Assembly (NCBI GenBank): GCA_951406725.2
Contig: OX597831.1
Location: 8,928,001 to 8,992,000, forward strand
Origin: Octopus vulgaris
Lineage: Eukaryota
Length of the DNA stretch: 64,000 bases
Direction: 5' to 3'
This document shows, in pieces, positions 1-14,810 of the stretch. A program made the translations under genes and the position numbers. Each line of letters starts with the position of its first letter. Positions within the stretch are counted from its first letter, which is position 1. The notes below the pieces were generated by a model. It did not search any database. It had not been told where the DNA came from and was given only the letters and a program-made list of their open reading frames with translations.

Positions 1-199
1 GCCAAACGTGAGAGTAGCTTCCATTGTGGAAATAATCCGGGATAGCATATGTTATCCCAGATAACATGATTGAAAGTGCATTGGGATGTAAATTTATTTC
101 ATTGGATTATAGAACGCAAGCATTTCCTCGGGTTGTAAAATACTAACACTAAATCTTCCTTTCACAGCCCGATAAAAACGCATTCATTCTTGTATTAGA

Positions 200-345
200 A
201 CGACACACGGTATCGTTTCCTAAGGTGCGTAAAGCCTGGTCAACCTAGAATTAGACAGATACAGTACAGTTTCATGAAACTGTATTCAATAAACTATATT
301 GGCGTAAAATCATGTGAAGTGTCCTAGGAAGAAATCTTCCGCGTA
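200..345 (-). mobile_element. Highly decayed Tc1/mariner-type transposase fragment (C-terminal catalytic region)
   Basis: Frameshifted minus-strand translation gives PRT..DFTPI*FIEYSFMKLY..FTHLRKR, which resembles the WPPRSPDLTPLDFFLWGY-K motif. It has stops and frameshifts, and no TIRs were found. Confidence 0.3.
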
Positions 346-713
346 GATGACATTTGTGAAAATACTTATCACGCTGCGAATTACGTCAATGAATTTGAGA
401 ACGCATCTTTGAGTCAACCCACACTACACTGCTATACTTTGTTTCCGCAAACTCATACACTAACCACCTCTTTCCAAAAACTTAAGCAGCATTCATACGC
501 ACACACTAAATATTTGCAACGCGGCCATCGCATCAGATGCAAGCCATTCTCTACAAATATAGAGAAGTGGCACAATATCTACGAATGTGCATACACATAT
601 GTGTGTGTGTTTGTGCGCGCGTGCGTATTTATACCTGCCTACCTACCTACATGTATATTGTATGTACGGAGCTATCTATTTGTCTATCACACACAGGCAC
701 ACACACACACACA

Positions 714-763
<50 letters not shown>

Positions 764-1169
764 CATTATATTTATGTATGCAAACACATAACAGATTTCA
801 GTAACCCATCATTTCGCCTATATGTTAATATAGAATTGTTTTTCTAGAATGAAATCTAAATGAATTTCCTAGCAGAGAACAAACGCATATCGTCTATCGA
901 AAGAGAATCTTTATGAATTACATACAGAAATAGAAATATACTTTTATGAAAAATTTGAAAATATACTTGTATGTTTTATATATTAATGGAATACAAGAGA
1001 TACGAATCTATCGACTTGAGAAAGACGACGAATTCGTAGATTTCAGAGGCTCCCCGAGACAAATGAGAGGTTTCCGGTTGCGCTTCCCTTTGCTGTCAGT
1101 GGCGGTTTCTCTTCCGGTTCATGAACTGGACAACAAAAATACTCCAATGTCAAATATAATGGTGAGGCG

Positions 1170-1680
1170 AGAGTATTAATGCAGTGGTTAGTGAGGTGCC
1201 TGAGCTGGCGAACGCAATGTAGCGGTTATGGGTAATGAAAAGAAAGGGAACAAGTATGATGTGAATAACCCCGTAAGTATGACAAGAAATTAGCAAACAC
1301 TGAGGAGCAGAAACAATGTTAGTTACAGTAAAAAAGGCAGCGTGAAGAGGAAGGACAACTTGTATCTAACCCGGTAACTAAAGTGAGAAGACAATCTCTT
1401 CATTGGAATCACCCGGGAGGCGTGTATTTTGTTTTTGGCATGCACTTTGAACGTCTGTACCAGTAGCAGGATTAGATCCAAATGCTTGGAGACGTACTTC
1501 ATTTTCAGTTTCACTTCAGTGTTTATAGTGTTCGTAGTTTGTGGAACCTGGAATATTTTCTGGTCTTAACGATGAAGTCTCCTTTATGTAAAACGAATTT
1601 GCTATGAGTTTGCCAGCAGAGATCAATAGTTTTAGTGAAACTTAGATATATATCAACTGCGAAGGTAGTTCGTGGGTCCT
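1170..1680 (-). mobile_element. Degenerate gag-like ORF1 of an I/Jockey-group LINE
   Basis: Minus-strand pieces occur in the expected order: SAGKL.., LHKGDFIVKT (cf. LRSGDLLVET), LFTLPFL (cf. LTFxxPxLP), then YP*PLHCVRQLRHLTNHC (decayed PNPLRC-x2-C-x4-H-x4-C knuckle). There are many stops and frameshifts. Confidence 0.45.
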
Positions 1681-4070
1681 GTTCGTATTTGGATGGAGTT
1701 GGATTACTTCTTTGTCCAGTTAACGCTTAAGTCTTTGTTCCATTGACGAAGAAAGATAACCACATTGGAGGAATACTTTGTTAATTGTATCGGTGCTTTG
1801 TTAATTAAATTACTCTATTTAGGTTGCTGTTAGATGGCGCTTGATTGTCTGGGGTTAAGTAAGAATGAAGTGTGATATCGTCTACGTCGAAGTGGATTTT
1901 GCTGGTGATGTTAGTATATCAATCGTTGGTGTAGAAAAACAAGACAAAAAACACCCTCAAAACAAACAAAAAAATCGCACCATGTGTAACACCATAATTG
2001 ATAGAGTAGGAAGGGAGAGGTCAAAGGGAAGATTATGAAATTATCAAAACAGAAATTTATGAAAGATTCCCAAAAGAATGCGAATGACCGTAAGTTATCG
2101 ATGCAAGGGCTGAGAGCGATATCAGTCAGTATTGTCACAAGATTCACATACCAGATGCGGGAAATCCTTTTCTCATATTATGGTCATCCAGAATATTTTA
2201 ACCAAATTATCCTAGGTTAAGGGCTCAGAAGTTTTTTCATCAAACAAGCATATTTAGTTTTATGAAAACAGACGGTTACTGATGTTAGAGACGGATCCAG
2301 TGATATAGAAAATGGCCGCTAATGGGTGATAGTAACGATATCGAGCTGCAACAGGACAATTGTTGGCTTCGACAGCGAGGTTAACATCTCTGGGAATGTA
2401 TTTCTTTGTAGCCTGTTTTTGATGTTTAACTCTTAGTCAACCTTATCATAAGTTTCCAATCTGGGAGCAATATGGCCTTATTTTCCAAACATTTTGTTTA
2501 AGACTTCTAAATGGAAGGAATGCGGTAATGTAAAACGTATTTAAGACTTTGCTGCTATTTCTAGTTTGTCGAGCAAACACTTAAAGTCAGTCTTGTTGTT
2601 GTCATTGCTACCATTTAGTTGCACGTCAACCGGGGCTATGACCAATAGCATTCTAATCTTTATCTTTTGTGTGTATCAATTATGTACCTAAAACTACATT
2701 ATACTGTGGATGTTTCCCCCTTTTTCAAAAGATGATAGAACGCAATTTGATTCTAGCCAATCAATTGGCCACCCAAAGGCTCCTTCATTGACTTATGAGA
2801 ACGCCATATGATTTCAGGCAGGCGTTGTTACTCCTCACCAGGATGGAGAAGTAACAATCCAAGCATCGTACTCCATGCAGCTTTAAAGGTTCTCATACGA
2901 CGTCGCATGCATATTATTGGTTCGAAGAGTTTGATCCTCTGAAGTTATGCCTTAATCCAGTGTATACTTTAGAGTGTTTGTTGTATGTAATATGTACCTA
3001 GGTTGCATATATGATCAAGATTTCGAAGTCATGACTGAGGTTTCGTTGTTTTAATCTGGTTTGCAAATAACAGAATCATTCCATCCGTGATCAATCAATT
3101 TATTTACATGTAACTCGGTCCACAATCTCTAATGTGCAATACCAGGTGGTTGGAATGTGGTCTAAAAGTATTTAGCAGCTTATTCTAGCCGGCTCAGCAA
3201 CCATTTAAAGATATATCTCGCGATAAAAGGAAGAGAGAAAATTTGCGTCTAAATTCTCGTAAATAGGTAGCCGTAAATCTCATTTGTGAGAACAGCAATT
3301 TAGAATATTCTAGATATCTCATTTTCATCGATGTACTTGGCTGTGTTCTTAACGACAAAGTGATTTAAGCGTCGGGTGTAAAAGTATTACTATGTAAATA
3401 CGAACGGGCTGTGTGAGTTTGAATTATCGATATTGAGTATCTTGATGACATAACACTATAGATGCTAAGTACGGAAACGCAACGAGATAATATCTGTCAA
3501 ACTGTCATGATGAATATATAATAGTAAAAGAAGAATTATGAATAGAACGCTGATTGACAAGGTATTATAACTCAGCCATAAGATCCGCGAGAAAGAGATA
3601 AATTTAAACACATCGTTAGAAAATGGCTTCTTGTCTTTTAATGTTGGCTTCTTCAGTGGAGGAAGGGCAACGTTCCAACACATTCAAGGTCTACGAGACA
3701 GATGGGAAGAAAAGAAGAAGAGGAGGGGAATAAAATTAGAGACATTTACTGGCATTTAGATTCATATTTCAAATTTAAGTCTACTGAAGGAAAACGCATA
3801 TGGCGGTAGAAGTTACAAATTATACAATATCTTTCCTATGAATAGAATGAATTTAAAATATTCACAATGGACAATATCCATTTCAAGAGATTTTTGAAAA
3901 TTATTCATAAATTCAGCTAAAACATGAAAATGATTATGGGATTAGCCATAGGTGTCATAAAGGGGGTCACACTAATTGAAATTGGGAAAATTATATTACA
4001 GTTAGCGAAATCAAAACACTGTAAGTACCAACACACACAAACACACGCTCGCGAGAACACACACACACAG

Positions 4071-4122
<52 letters not shown>

Positions 4123-4159
4123 ATACACACACACACAGAGGAAATAAATTCAAATAGGA

Positions 4160-5800
4160 AATATGACAAAACGGAAGATTGAAATTAGAAACCGGCCAAC
4201 GAGCCCATGCAATTTAGATGGAGATGAGGCAAATAAGACAACACAGAGAACTGAAGAAAACATTAGAAAAAATAGATTACAGAAGAGTCAGAATAATATT
4301 GGAAACTGAACCGGAAGTAGATTTTAGAAATAAATAAAATAACAGGTATAAATAGATTAGCCGTCACAGGAAAGAAAATAACATCAAAGACACTACTAAC
4401 TTATTCCGTACACTGGAAAAACAGGTTCAGACGCAAAGAGAAAACGACTACAAAATAACAACAGTGTGTATTGGAAGAGAATTACAAGAGAGCAAAGGAA
4501 GACAGATTAATGCAATAAGGAAACGGAGAAAGACAAATGTTTCTTCATATATGAAGTAGAAACAGGAAATTAATATACTTCATAAAAGATTTGGAGACAA
4601 AAATTAGTTAAAACAAAAGAAAAAAGATGAATGAGAATTGAATTGTAAATATAACAAAGAAAACAAGGACTGGGGAAAACATTCCATCTCTAATATCCCG
4701 GAAGAATCTGCAGGAAGGAAGTAAGTCAGAGTGAAAACTAGCAATGACGTAAAAAAAACTCTTGGCTACAAATAATTACAAATGAAAAACAAGAAATAAA
4801 ATGGAGGTTAACTTCACGTGCAGCCATTGTAAAGAGTACAGTGAAACAATTGACTACAGTATTTCCGGAAAACCAATGGCTGTCGAGTCCACGTATATTT
4901 GTAGAGACGGTCGCGTCGACGGCTGTATGCACGGGACAGTATGCTGGAAAATTATTTCATGTAAATACTATAGTATGATTTTAATACCGCCGTGCGATGA
5001 ATAACATCTAATACAAGGATCACAAGTGCTGTCCTCGCAAGGAGTTAACCCTCAAGAAGCGTCGACTTCTCACTACGAGCGTTTGTGAAAATATAGCGAA
5101 ACTAATAATGCAACTGGATCAAAGAAGAATAACAAGTGTTACACGTCTACTGTTACACGTATACTATTAGACACCTATGTGAAGGCGCATGGCTCAGTGG
5201 TTAGAGCGTCGAGCTTACGATCGTGAGATTGTGAGCTCGAATCCCGGACCGGGCTGCGTGTTGTGTTCTTGAGCAAGGCACTTTATTTCACGTTGCTCCA
5301 GTTCACTCAGCTGTAGAAATGAGTTGCGACGTCACTGGTGCCAAGCTGTATCGACCTTTGTCTTTCCCTTGGATAACACTGGTGGCGTGGAGAGGGGAGG
5401 CTGGTATGCATGGGCGACTGCTGGTCTTCCATAAACAACCTCGCCCGGACTTGTGTCTTGGAGGGTAACTTTCTAGGTGCAATCCCATGGTCTGTGTCGT
5501 GACCGAAGGGGGTCTCCGAATTAGACACCTAATGTATTCATTTTTGAAAATTGACGTAGGTGGTCTGGAGAGAAAAGGAGAAAGGATATATTTAAGTATA
5601 TGGCTACCTATCAGTATATATATATAACTAGCGATAAAGATGCCGGTTAGAGAAACAGCAATTCATAGAGAAAACGCAGTAAAAATATACTAGAAAAATC
5701 GACAAACTGAAGAAAGTAATGGAAGCAGACGAACACAGTTCAGATCCCTGGATACAAAACGACGGAAAACAGAAAGAGAAAACAGACCCTCTCCAAAAAG
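4160..5800 (+). mobile_element. Purine-rich decayed retroelement-like sequence (possible L1/Tx1 ORF1 remnant), interrupted by the SINE at 5181-5519
   Basis: Strong A/G strand bias and broken K/E/R-rich frames. No diagnostic motif was confidently recovered. Confidence 0.25.
5181..5519 (+). mobile_element. Full-length tRNA-derived SINE (family C) with target-site duplication
   Basis: A-box TGGCTCAGTGG and B-box-like GCTCGAATCCC, followed by the conserved central block TTGTGTTCTTGAGCAAGGCACTT..TTGCTCCAGTTCACTCAGCTG. A 12-bp direct repeat ATTAGACACCTA flanks it at 5166-5177 and 5520-5531. Confidence 0.9.
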
Positions 5801-5852
5801 CCATGCAGTATGTCTGGTATTATTAAAGAAACGAGTATTATTGAAAATAAAC

Positions 5853-6145
5853 ATTTATTTCTTTATTATCCACAGGGGGGTAAACATAGATGAGACAAAC
5901 AAGGACAGCACTAGACGAAATACCTATTTATTTACTACCCACAAGGCGCTAAACACAGAGAGGATAGACAAAGGGATTAAGTCGATTATATCGACCCCAG
6001 AGTGTAATTGATACTTATTTAATCGACCCCGAAAGGATGAAAGGCAAAGTCGATCTCGGCGGAATTTAAACTCAGAACGTAACGGCAGACGAAATACGGC
6101 TACGCATTTCGGCAGGCGTGCTAACGATTCTGCCAGCTCGCCGCT
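5853..6145 (-). mobile_element. tRNA-derived SINE family B with a duplicated 3' tail
   Basis: Reverse complement of the 11040 copy (GAGCTGGCAGAA..GTTCTGAGTTxAAATTCCGCCGAG..CATCCTTTCGGGGTCGAT). A second tail block lies at about 5853-5910. Confidence 0.9.
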
Positions 6146-6509
6146 CTAATAAATATTGTCGTTATGGGGGAAAACTTATTTCGTGCTGAGGTTATATATT
6201 GAGGAAGAGAGAATTTTGATGTACTCTTGTTACCCAGAAGTTGTCATGGTAGTCAAAGAAGAAGAAAATTGATTGGTATTGCGTGAGTGTCTGCGTGAAC
6301 TACGGAGGCAAATGTGGTGCGCAAAACGGAAAAGAGAATGGTGAGCGGCATAAGGCGCTATACTCGTGCGCATAGAACTTGCTTATAAATATGTGTGTGT
6401 GTGAGTGTGTGTGTGTGTGTGTGTGCATGTGTTTGTGTGTGAATAAAACCTCGGATCACAATCTAGCAATATAATCCAAGATTTCCAACACTTAACAACA
6501 GCAACAACA

Positions 6510-6790
6510 ACATTTCGCCTGAGCTCCTCCCATAGAGTTTGACTTGTGTATCGGGTGGCAAGAACTCCCCTCCAATCATCTCGGTTCTGTGCATAGTCGC
6601 CTGCATGTCTTCAGGTGACGCGAAATCGATTAAGAGTTTTGATATTGGCGCCCCATATCATCTTGTGTCTCTCTTTGTCACTCTGGTGGTACTCGTTTTA
6701 TAACTGTATTGAGGATTCATTCTTCTGGTTGTTGCAAAATATGATCCGTAAGTCTCACCTCTCCTCCCCGCCAGAATTCGTACAATGACC
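6510..6790 (-). mobile_element. RTE-clade LINE 3' fragment
   Basis: Minus strand reads VRLTDHILQQPEE*ILNTVIKRVPPE (cf. RLRxAGHILRxxxxRxPxxxxxWxP), next to an (AAC)n tail at about 6494-6510. Confidence 0.6.
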
Positions 6791-6864
6791 ACGCAAAACA
6801 CAACCATGACAAACTGTACCCACATCTAAATCCAGTATGATTTCGGCCTTTATATAAGAATGCA

Positions 6865-7101
6865 ATGAAAATGTCGATTATAAGAGAATATACAGAGTTG
6901 ACAGAGTTAAACATCGAGGTAAATCTAAGTGAAATAAGAACGAAAATAGACATGACCTTAACAAAATCAATGAAACCAGATTACCGGAAACACCTCCCCA
7001 TGTTAATAATAGACAAACATCTCCGGAGAATCACGGCCTGCTACGACCGGATATACCAAGAGATTCTTTTCACAAAAGCTAACCAAACAACCATGTATTA
7101 A
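6865..7101 (+). mobile_element. Penelope-like element ORF remnant (linker between RT and GIY-YIG)
   Basis: ELNIEVNLSEIRTK..HLPMLIIDKHLRRI..LFTKAN resembles the PLE linker ending ..LKxLLTKA. No catalytic motifs are visible. Confidence 0.35.
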
Positions 7102-7284
7102 ACAATCTAATTTACTCTGTCGCTATGGTAACATAAAAGAAAGCCAGCTTCGACTTTAATGGACTGAATCAAACTTATGCTTTGAAACACGAAAATAGCG
7201 GAAAGTCAATATACTATTTATCTTCGACTAGTTTCAGTCATTGGACTTTGTTCATGCTCTGGTCATGTTGTGGCCATGTACTCT

Positions 7285-7483
7285 TTTCTGCTTAAGGCAC
7301 AAGGCCCGAAATTTTTGGGGAGGGTCCCAGTAGATTAGTTCGGCCCCACTACTTAATTTATCGACCCCGAAAGGATGAAAGGCAAAGTCAACCTCGCCGG
7401 AATTTGAACTCAGAACGTAGCGGCAGACGAAATACCGCTCAGCATTTCGCCCGGCGCGCTAACGTTTCTGCCAGCTCGCCGCC
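7285..7483 (-). mobile_element. SINE family B copy, nested within a decayed family A SINE (about 7225-7610)
   Basis: Near-identical to the 11040 copy in reverse, with the head GGCGGCGAGCTGGCAGAAACGTTAG ending at about 7483. The flanks carry family A tail motifs (GTTTCAGTCATT..; TACTTATTCTATCGGT..TTTTGCCGAA). Confidence 0.85.
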
Positions 7484-8169
7484 TTGAGAGTATTAGGGAA
7501 ATAATTAGAGAACAGGGCCTATTGTTTTTTTAGATTCTGGTACTTATTCTATCGGTCGTCTTTTGCCGAAACGCTTAGTTGCGGAGCATAAGCATTCCAC
7601 CAAATGTTAGTAGTAGGCCAACACAAAGTTTGTAAACCTTTGTTTGGTATATGTGCATTTCTTCATATAACCACACTTTTGATGCAAGGGTACCAGATAG
7701 AATTACAGAGGATAAAATAGATTCCCTTGTTCGAAAATATAAGGACACAGATCGTGTCGTATAGCCAGCTGGAGGCGATGTTTCCTGGAGCTAAATTACA
7801 GCAACATTCATTCTAAACCAAGACTGCCATGTTATGTTGGCAAGCAACTTTTACTCCAAAGTATTTTTGCTGAATATCTCCCGTTGTGAGATTTACAAAT
7901 AGTAAATTTCTAACAAAATAAACAGTTCAAACATGAATTAGAACCAGATCGAAGTATATAGACAAAATCGAATACACATACACAAGGGTTGTGTGTTGTT
8001 AGTTCGTGGGTAGGATGCGGTTTTTAGGCGTTAGAGAATATATTTTTTATGCACCTGGTGTAAAATCAAACACCTGAAAGTAAGTCATAGTTAAGCGACT
8101 GTGGTTTGGCTGTCTCGCTTGGCTGTCACTTACTTTGAGGTGTTTGTTTACACCAGGCGCATGCAAAGT

Positions 8170-8550
8170 AACAAAAAACAATACCTTGTGTGTTCGATTT
8201 TGCTTAAAACAAAGTGTGAAAGGATAGATTTTGCAATTCTGTAAAGCAATAGTGTCAATACCAAAGAAATTGAAAAATTTGAGAAATATCGTGATCTGCC
8301 AAGGGAGCTGTGGAAGCTTAGCAGAACGATTATTCCTGTTGGAATTGGTGTACTTGGCGCAACGCCCGAAATGCTGTCTAAAGGCCAGAAGGATATTCGA
8401 AATGAAACTCGTTTGCCGACCTTCGGGAAGCAACATCCGGTATTTTGCAAGAATCCTAATAAAAATTCTTTGAGATTTCAGGAGACTTGTTTTCATCAAA
8501 TATCAAGATAACATTCCTGCTAACTGAGATGGCATGTGCTATCTTGATGA
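8170..8550 (+). mobile_element. R4/Dong-type (RLE) non-LTR retrotransposon 3' end followed by a (TGA/TAA)n tract
   Basis: Reads KCERIDFAIL..NTKEIEKFEKYRDLPRELWKLSRTIIPVGIGVLGATP..(frameshift)..ARILIKIL* (stop 8471-8473). This is the same motif set as the cleaner copy at 48796. A (TAA)n run follows at about 8563-8630. Confidence 0.75.
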
Positions 8551-8578
8551 TTATGATGATGATAATAATAATAATATT

Positions 8579-8635
<57 letters not shown>

Positions 8636-9029
8636 AAATTATTACTATTATTATCATGAAGATGATGATGTTGATAACAATAATAATTATAATTACAATA
8701 ACAAATATTATTGTCATAGATATCATTATTTTCATTTTTATTCATAAGAAATCGTAGAAGCGAAATCATTAATATTATTATCGTTTAAGTATATAACTGT
8801 CGTTGTGGTGCTTGTATGTGTGTACGTGTGTATGTGTGCCTATGTGTGTATGTGTACGTCTGTCAGTATATGTACGTGTATGTATGTATATATGTGTGTG
8901 TGTGTGTGTGTGTTTATAGAGGAAGGAGACAATTATATGTCTATAATTCATAGACTTTGTTAATTTGCTTGAAATGATTTCTCCTCAATTTATTTAGGAC
9001 AAGTTCATAGCCATTAAATATATAACAAT

Positions 9030-9446
<417 letters not shown>

Positions 9447-9968
9447 TCTTAGACATTTCTGAAGTACTAATTCATTGGCATTCATATACTTACATCCCTC
9501 GTACAAAACATAATGTGATTTAAATTAACGTATCTTCAGAGAGACACGAATCCTAATCACCCTCTCCAATGGCCGTATTCCAAAGTTGTGTATGATTTCT
9601 AATTTCATAATTTTCTTCCATAATTCACATTAAATACGTCTTATTCGCTAGAATAAATTTATTGAATGCGTCATCTGTAATGCCCTCCAATGACACATTG
9701 CGCAATTTGACCGGGTTGGCCAGCCAAATATTAATTCCAAATTTCTGCTTTGATTATAGTCATTTTCATTTTAGAATATAACATAGATAGTGAAAGTTTC
9801 GTTACGGAGACGGAAGATATGGGTTGTGTACATGTAACTGTAGAAAAGGGTGAGTGAGGGTACATGTTTGGGTGTGTGGGGGTGCTTTTCCACGTTTGAC
9901 TTTGCTCTAGCGCTTTCCTCTTGAAGTGGAGCATATTTCGTAAGTCAGTGGTGCGTCCAGTAATAAAT

Positions 9969-10000
<32 letters not shown>

Positions 10001-10016
10001 GATGCTGCTGCTGCTG

Positions 10017-10082
<66 letters not shown>

Positions 10083-10279
10083 TAATACCTCTGCTAATAA
10101 TACTAATAACAAAACAATAATAGCAATAATATTCTTTTCAACCATAGACACTACAAGGCCAGAGAATTGAGGGAGGGGCAGAGTCAGTTACAGCGACCCC
10201 GGAACGCAACTCGTACTTATTTTTGTCGACCCCGAAATGATGAAAGGCAAAGAGGCAAAGTCGACTTCGGGCGATGCCA

Positions 10280-10765
10280 TATCTGGACCCTCAACACTAC
10301 ACACCATCCAAACAATAGGAACAGCCTACGCATTATGCAGGGCACAATGAATTCAATTGCACAACCCAAACAGAACAGTCCACAGACGCCAGACACACTG
10401 TGTACAGTAAATATGCAATGAAATAAACAAACCCCTCACCAGAATAGATGCTCAACAGATCGGAAGCCCAACCGAATAGTACAACACGTATTGCACACAC
10501 GACACGCAGTACAAACATTAACGAAACAAAGGGCTCAAGCAAAACCCCATAACAAAGGTACTACAATAAGGGGAAGACTTTGTACTCCATGCACCAAAAG
10601 AGAATAAAAAACAAAACAAGAACACAACGCTGCACATACCTTAGCATCTCAGAATGTGTAACCGGTGATGCAGTAGGAAGCTGCGTGGAATTTTCGAAAA
10701 TCAAACGAGGCAAGATGTGGTAAGAGCAGAAACTGGAGAGAGCGGCGGAGTCGGAGACTAGCAAT
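10280..10765 (+). mobile_element. Decayed R4/Dong-type fragments
   Basis: 10280-10349 reads SGPSTLHTIQTI-GTAYALCRAQ* (cf. IQKIALLGTAHILR). 10708-10763 CAAGATGTGGTAAGAGCAGAAACTGGAGAGAGCGGCGGAGTCGGAGACTAGCAA matches 50313-50366 (KMWYExKPxRVAExE). Confidence 0.55.
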
Positions 10766-10810
10766 ACACACACACCCACACACACATGCACACACACACA
10801 CGCACGCACG

Positions 10811-10891
<81 letters not shown>

Positions 10892-11039
10892 AACAATAAA
10901 ATAACAATAAAAAGTAAAGATTAAGTAAATTACAAAAATAATATAATGTATATAATAGGTAGAAATATATATATATATAAGATCGATATTAAAATACCAA
11001 TGTTATCAGGTGTGCAGGCTATGGCTATATTATCCAGCG

Positions 11040-11265
11040 TGAGCTGGCAGAAACGTTAGCACGCCGGGCGAAGTGCGTAGCCGTATTTCGTCTGTCGTTA
11101 CGTTCTGAGTTCAAATTCCGCCGAGGTCGACTTTGCCTTTCATCCTTTCAGGGTCGATAAATTAAGTACCGGTTACGCACTGGGGTCGATGTAAACGACT
11201 TAATCCCTTTGTCTGTCTTTGTTTGTCCCCTCTATGTTTAGCCCCTTGTGGGCAATAAAGAAATA
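11040..11265 (+). mobile_element. SINE family B, near full length, with TSD
   Basis: tRNA-like head (GAGCTGGCAGAAACGTTAGC..GAGTTCAAATTCC B-box), body CCTTTCATCCTTTCxGGGTCGAT and tail CAATAAAGAAATA. Direct repeat TATATTATC at 11026-11034 and 11266-11274. Confidence 0.92.
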
Positions 11266-11603
11266 TATATTATCTAACGCGTGTCAGCTGAGTAAGGTGG
11301 ACTATTCACCGATAGAAAGTCGTTGAACACAAGTATTGTGAATCAAGATTGACCGAGTGGCGAAGGGTCATGGTGGACAACCACAACCTCACCTATTTCC
11401 TGTTCGTTATGAAGAATGGTTTGAATTTCGAATGTATTTTTTTAAAAGAATAAGTGAAAAACCAAAAATAAAAAAATTATAATCTTGAAAGACAAAGATA
11501 GTGGCGCGTCGAACAAAACGAGTTGTAGAGTTCTTAGTTACATCACTTTATGTTCTAGATTAACGTACTGCTGCGATTGATTTTGTATTTCCACCTCTCC
11601 GAG

Positions 11604-12002
11604 ACTCTTTACTCTTTACTCGTTACTCTTTTACTTGTTTCAGTCATTTTGACTGCGGCCATGCTGGAGCACCGCCTTTAGTCGAGCAAATCGACCCCGG
11701 GACTTATTCTTTGTAAGCCCAGTACTTATTCTATCGGTCTCTTTTTGCCGAACCGCTAAGTGACGGGGACGTAAACACACAAGCATCGGTTGTCAAGCAA
11801 TGCTAGGGGGACAAACACAGACACGTACATATATATATATACATATATACGACATGCTTCTTTCAGTTTCCGTCTACCAAATCCACTCACAAGGCATTGG
11901 TCGGCCCGGGGCTATAGCAGAAGACACTTGCCCAAGATGCCACGCAGTGGGACTGAACCCGGAACCATGTGGTTGGTTAGCAAGCTACTTACCACACAGC
12001 CA
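11604..12002 (-). mobile_element. SINE family A (tRNA head, CORE-like CTTGGGCAAGTG block, internal microsatellite, (GTAAAAGA)n tail)
   Basis: Near-identical in reverse to 50846-51272. Confidence 0.93.
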
Positions 12003-12299
12003 GGTGCATAATACTTCCAGAAATATTGATTAAATTTATTGTGACCATCCGAGAAAAAAACTGCCAGGTTTTGCATCCGTTTTAACAGAGATTATCAATG
12101 GGGATAATCTCTGTTAATCGTATCGAATCCAAAAACATGGTGAGGTGAAGCAGAATTTTTCATCAAAAACATTTGCTACTGATTGTGATAGCAGACATTG
12201 GATCTTTGGATTAATTGCAGTCGGTCAGCTCCGTGGAAACGTTCATTGTTTATCAAACCATCAATTACATTCGCTTGTGTATAAACTAATTGATGCATG

Positions 12300-12359
<60 letters not shown>

Positions 12360-12390
12360 TACATATATATGTATCTATGTACACACACGT

Positions 12391-12442
<52 letters not shown>

Positions 12443-12582
12443 TCATAAACATGTATGCATGAACACATATACACCTATGTAAGTCAATCTGTTTATGCAT
12501 ATATATAAGTACTTTTATATAATGTGTGTACACGTATTACATATGTATAATATATGTATATGCATATACATGTACATACATA

Positions 12583-12639
<57 letters not shown>

Positions 12640-13238
12640 CCATACATACACACGCACACACATACACGTGTATAGGCGGAAATCTAGAAGTAGGGGAAAA
12701 AGGGAAGTGAAAGGTGAATGCGAAGATGTCATGGTGAGTGAGTAGCGAGAAGTTGTCAACGGACCTCTTTGAATAGCCTCTTCGAGATACGAGGCAGAAG
12801 TTGAATGAAGAATATTCTTCAAAGGAAGGCCATTTCTGAAAATACGCAACACTTTCACCAGGGAGTTATCTATTTCAAAAAGAAGGAATATTTGCCGAGA
12901 TGAAAAGGACAACGACGAAGAGGCTTTTAGATGAGAGGAATCAGAGAAATGCGATAGCAGAGCATATTTATCTTCGAGTGACAGCCAAACGGAATGGTAA
13001 TTGCTAATTCTTCTTTACTTGGCCTGGAATAATGACCGCACACAGACACACACTCTGTATATCGAAATAGATATCCCTGGCAGACTCTTATTCTATGCCT
13101 CCGACTCTCATCTCTAGCTTCTACCTATGCATGTGTGTGTATGTGTATGTATGTATGTATGTATGTATGTATGTATGTATGTATGTATGTATGTATGTAT
13201 GTATCATATTTATCTGTATCTATTTGTCTATCACCCTC

Positions 13239-13345
<107 letters not shown>

Positions 13346-13528
13346 TTATATGTGTGTGCATGAATGCGCACGCACGTATACATATTTATTTCTATGTTAT
13401 ATATATATATATATATATATGTATACATTACATACACTGAGAAAGAGAGAGAGAGTGAGAAAGAAAATGAAGAGAAAGCGTTAGGGAGAGGTGGAAAGCG
13501 AGGTAGTATATGTATGTACAATATATAA

Positions 13529-13583
<55 letters not shown>

Positions 13584-13644
13584 TATAGATGTATATATAT
13601 ACATATATATACACGCACACATGTATTTATATCTAGGTATATAC

Positions 13645-13690
<46 letters not shown>

Positions 13691-13749
13691 TTACATATTT
13701 ATAAGCATGTATGCATAATAAACACACACGCACACATAATATTCTCTGT

Positions 13750-13958
13750 TACTCTCTGATGGGTTATGATAATTCCGATTATGATGAGGAGGATGCAAGG
13801 CGACGGAAGATGATAATAATGCCGACAATGGTAATTTGGATTACGTCAACAATCCTGATGACGACGATAACGTCGACGATGGCGGCGATGACGACGACGG
13901 CGATGCTGACGACGATAATGATGACGGCGATGGAGGTGATGCTGCTGCTGCTGCTGAC

Positions 13959-14004
<46 letters not shown>

Positions 14005-14116
14005 CTATTGTGTATGATAAAGAAGATGCCGTTGCTACTGCTCTTTCGATGATGATGAATATGAATATGATGATGATGATGATGATGAAGATGATGATGA
14101 TGATGATGATGATGAA

Positions 14117-14215
<99 letters not shown>

Positions 14216-14775
14216 GATGATTATTATTATTATGATGATGATGTTGACAGGGACGATCAGACTCCGATGATGATGATGATGATGATGATGGTGATGATGA
14301 TGGTGATGGTTACGGTTATGGATACAGCGATGGGTTTTTGTGCGAAGGAAGAGGTGTTGGCCAGGCGTGCAGCAGTAATCGCCTAATCACTCAGTCTCTC
14401 TGTCTCTGATGGTTTTCATGACAATAACGATTAGGAAAGGGTGGTGGTGGTGGCGGGGGGTGGTGGGGGTAGACGTGAGAGGATTTGGAGGAGGCGTAAG
14501 ATTATGAAGAAGAAGAAGAAGAAGAGGACGTCTACGATCCCCCAGGATAATGAAAGATGGATGAAGGTGAGGGGGCGGCAGCTGCTGCTGCTGATGATGA
14601 TTATAATGATGATGGTTATGATGAGTTGGGAGAGGAGGAAGTGGAGGAATAGAAAAGAGGTGGAAAGAGATCATCAAGACACCTCCGAAGGAGACGATAG
14701 AATTCGGTAATTCGATGATGATGATGATGATGATGATGATGGTGATGGTGATGGTGGTGGTGGTGGTGGTGGAGG

Positions 14776-14810
<35 letters not shown>

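Noticed and set aside
5183-5255. Possible tRNA genes (also 31618-31682 and 50846-50915)
   Set aside because: Acceptor and anticodon stems are imperfect, and each continues directly into a repeated SINE body, so they are SINE heads.
8047-8499. 150-aa minus-strand ORF
   Set aside because: It is the antisense of the decayed R4/Dong 3' end on the plus strand.
11790-12033. Recurrent ORFs such as [32 protein letters not shown] (also at 20544, 41762, 50631, 57627)
   Set aside because: They are antisense translations of SINE family A, not a protein family.
12676-13050. Unique-looking segment with a consensus donor ATG|GTGAGT (12731-12739) and a 139-aa minus ORF
   Set aside because: No partner exon or recognisable protein similarity. 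A single splice-like motif is insufficient.
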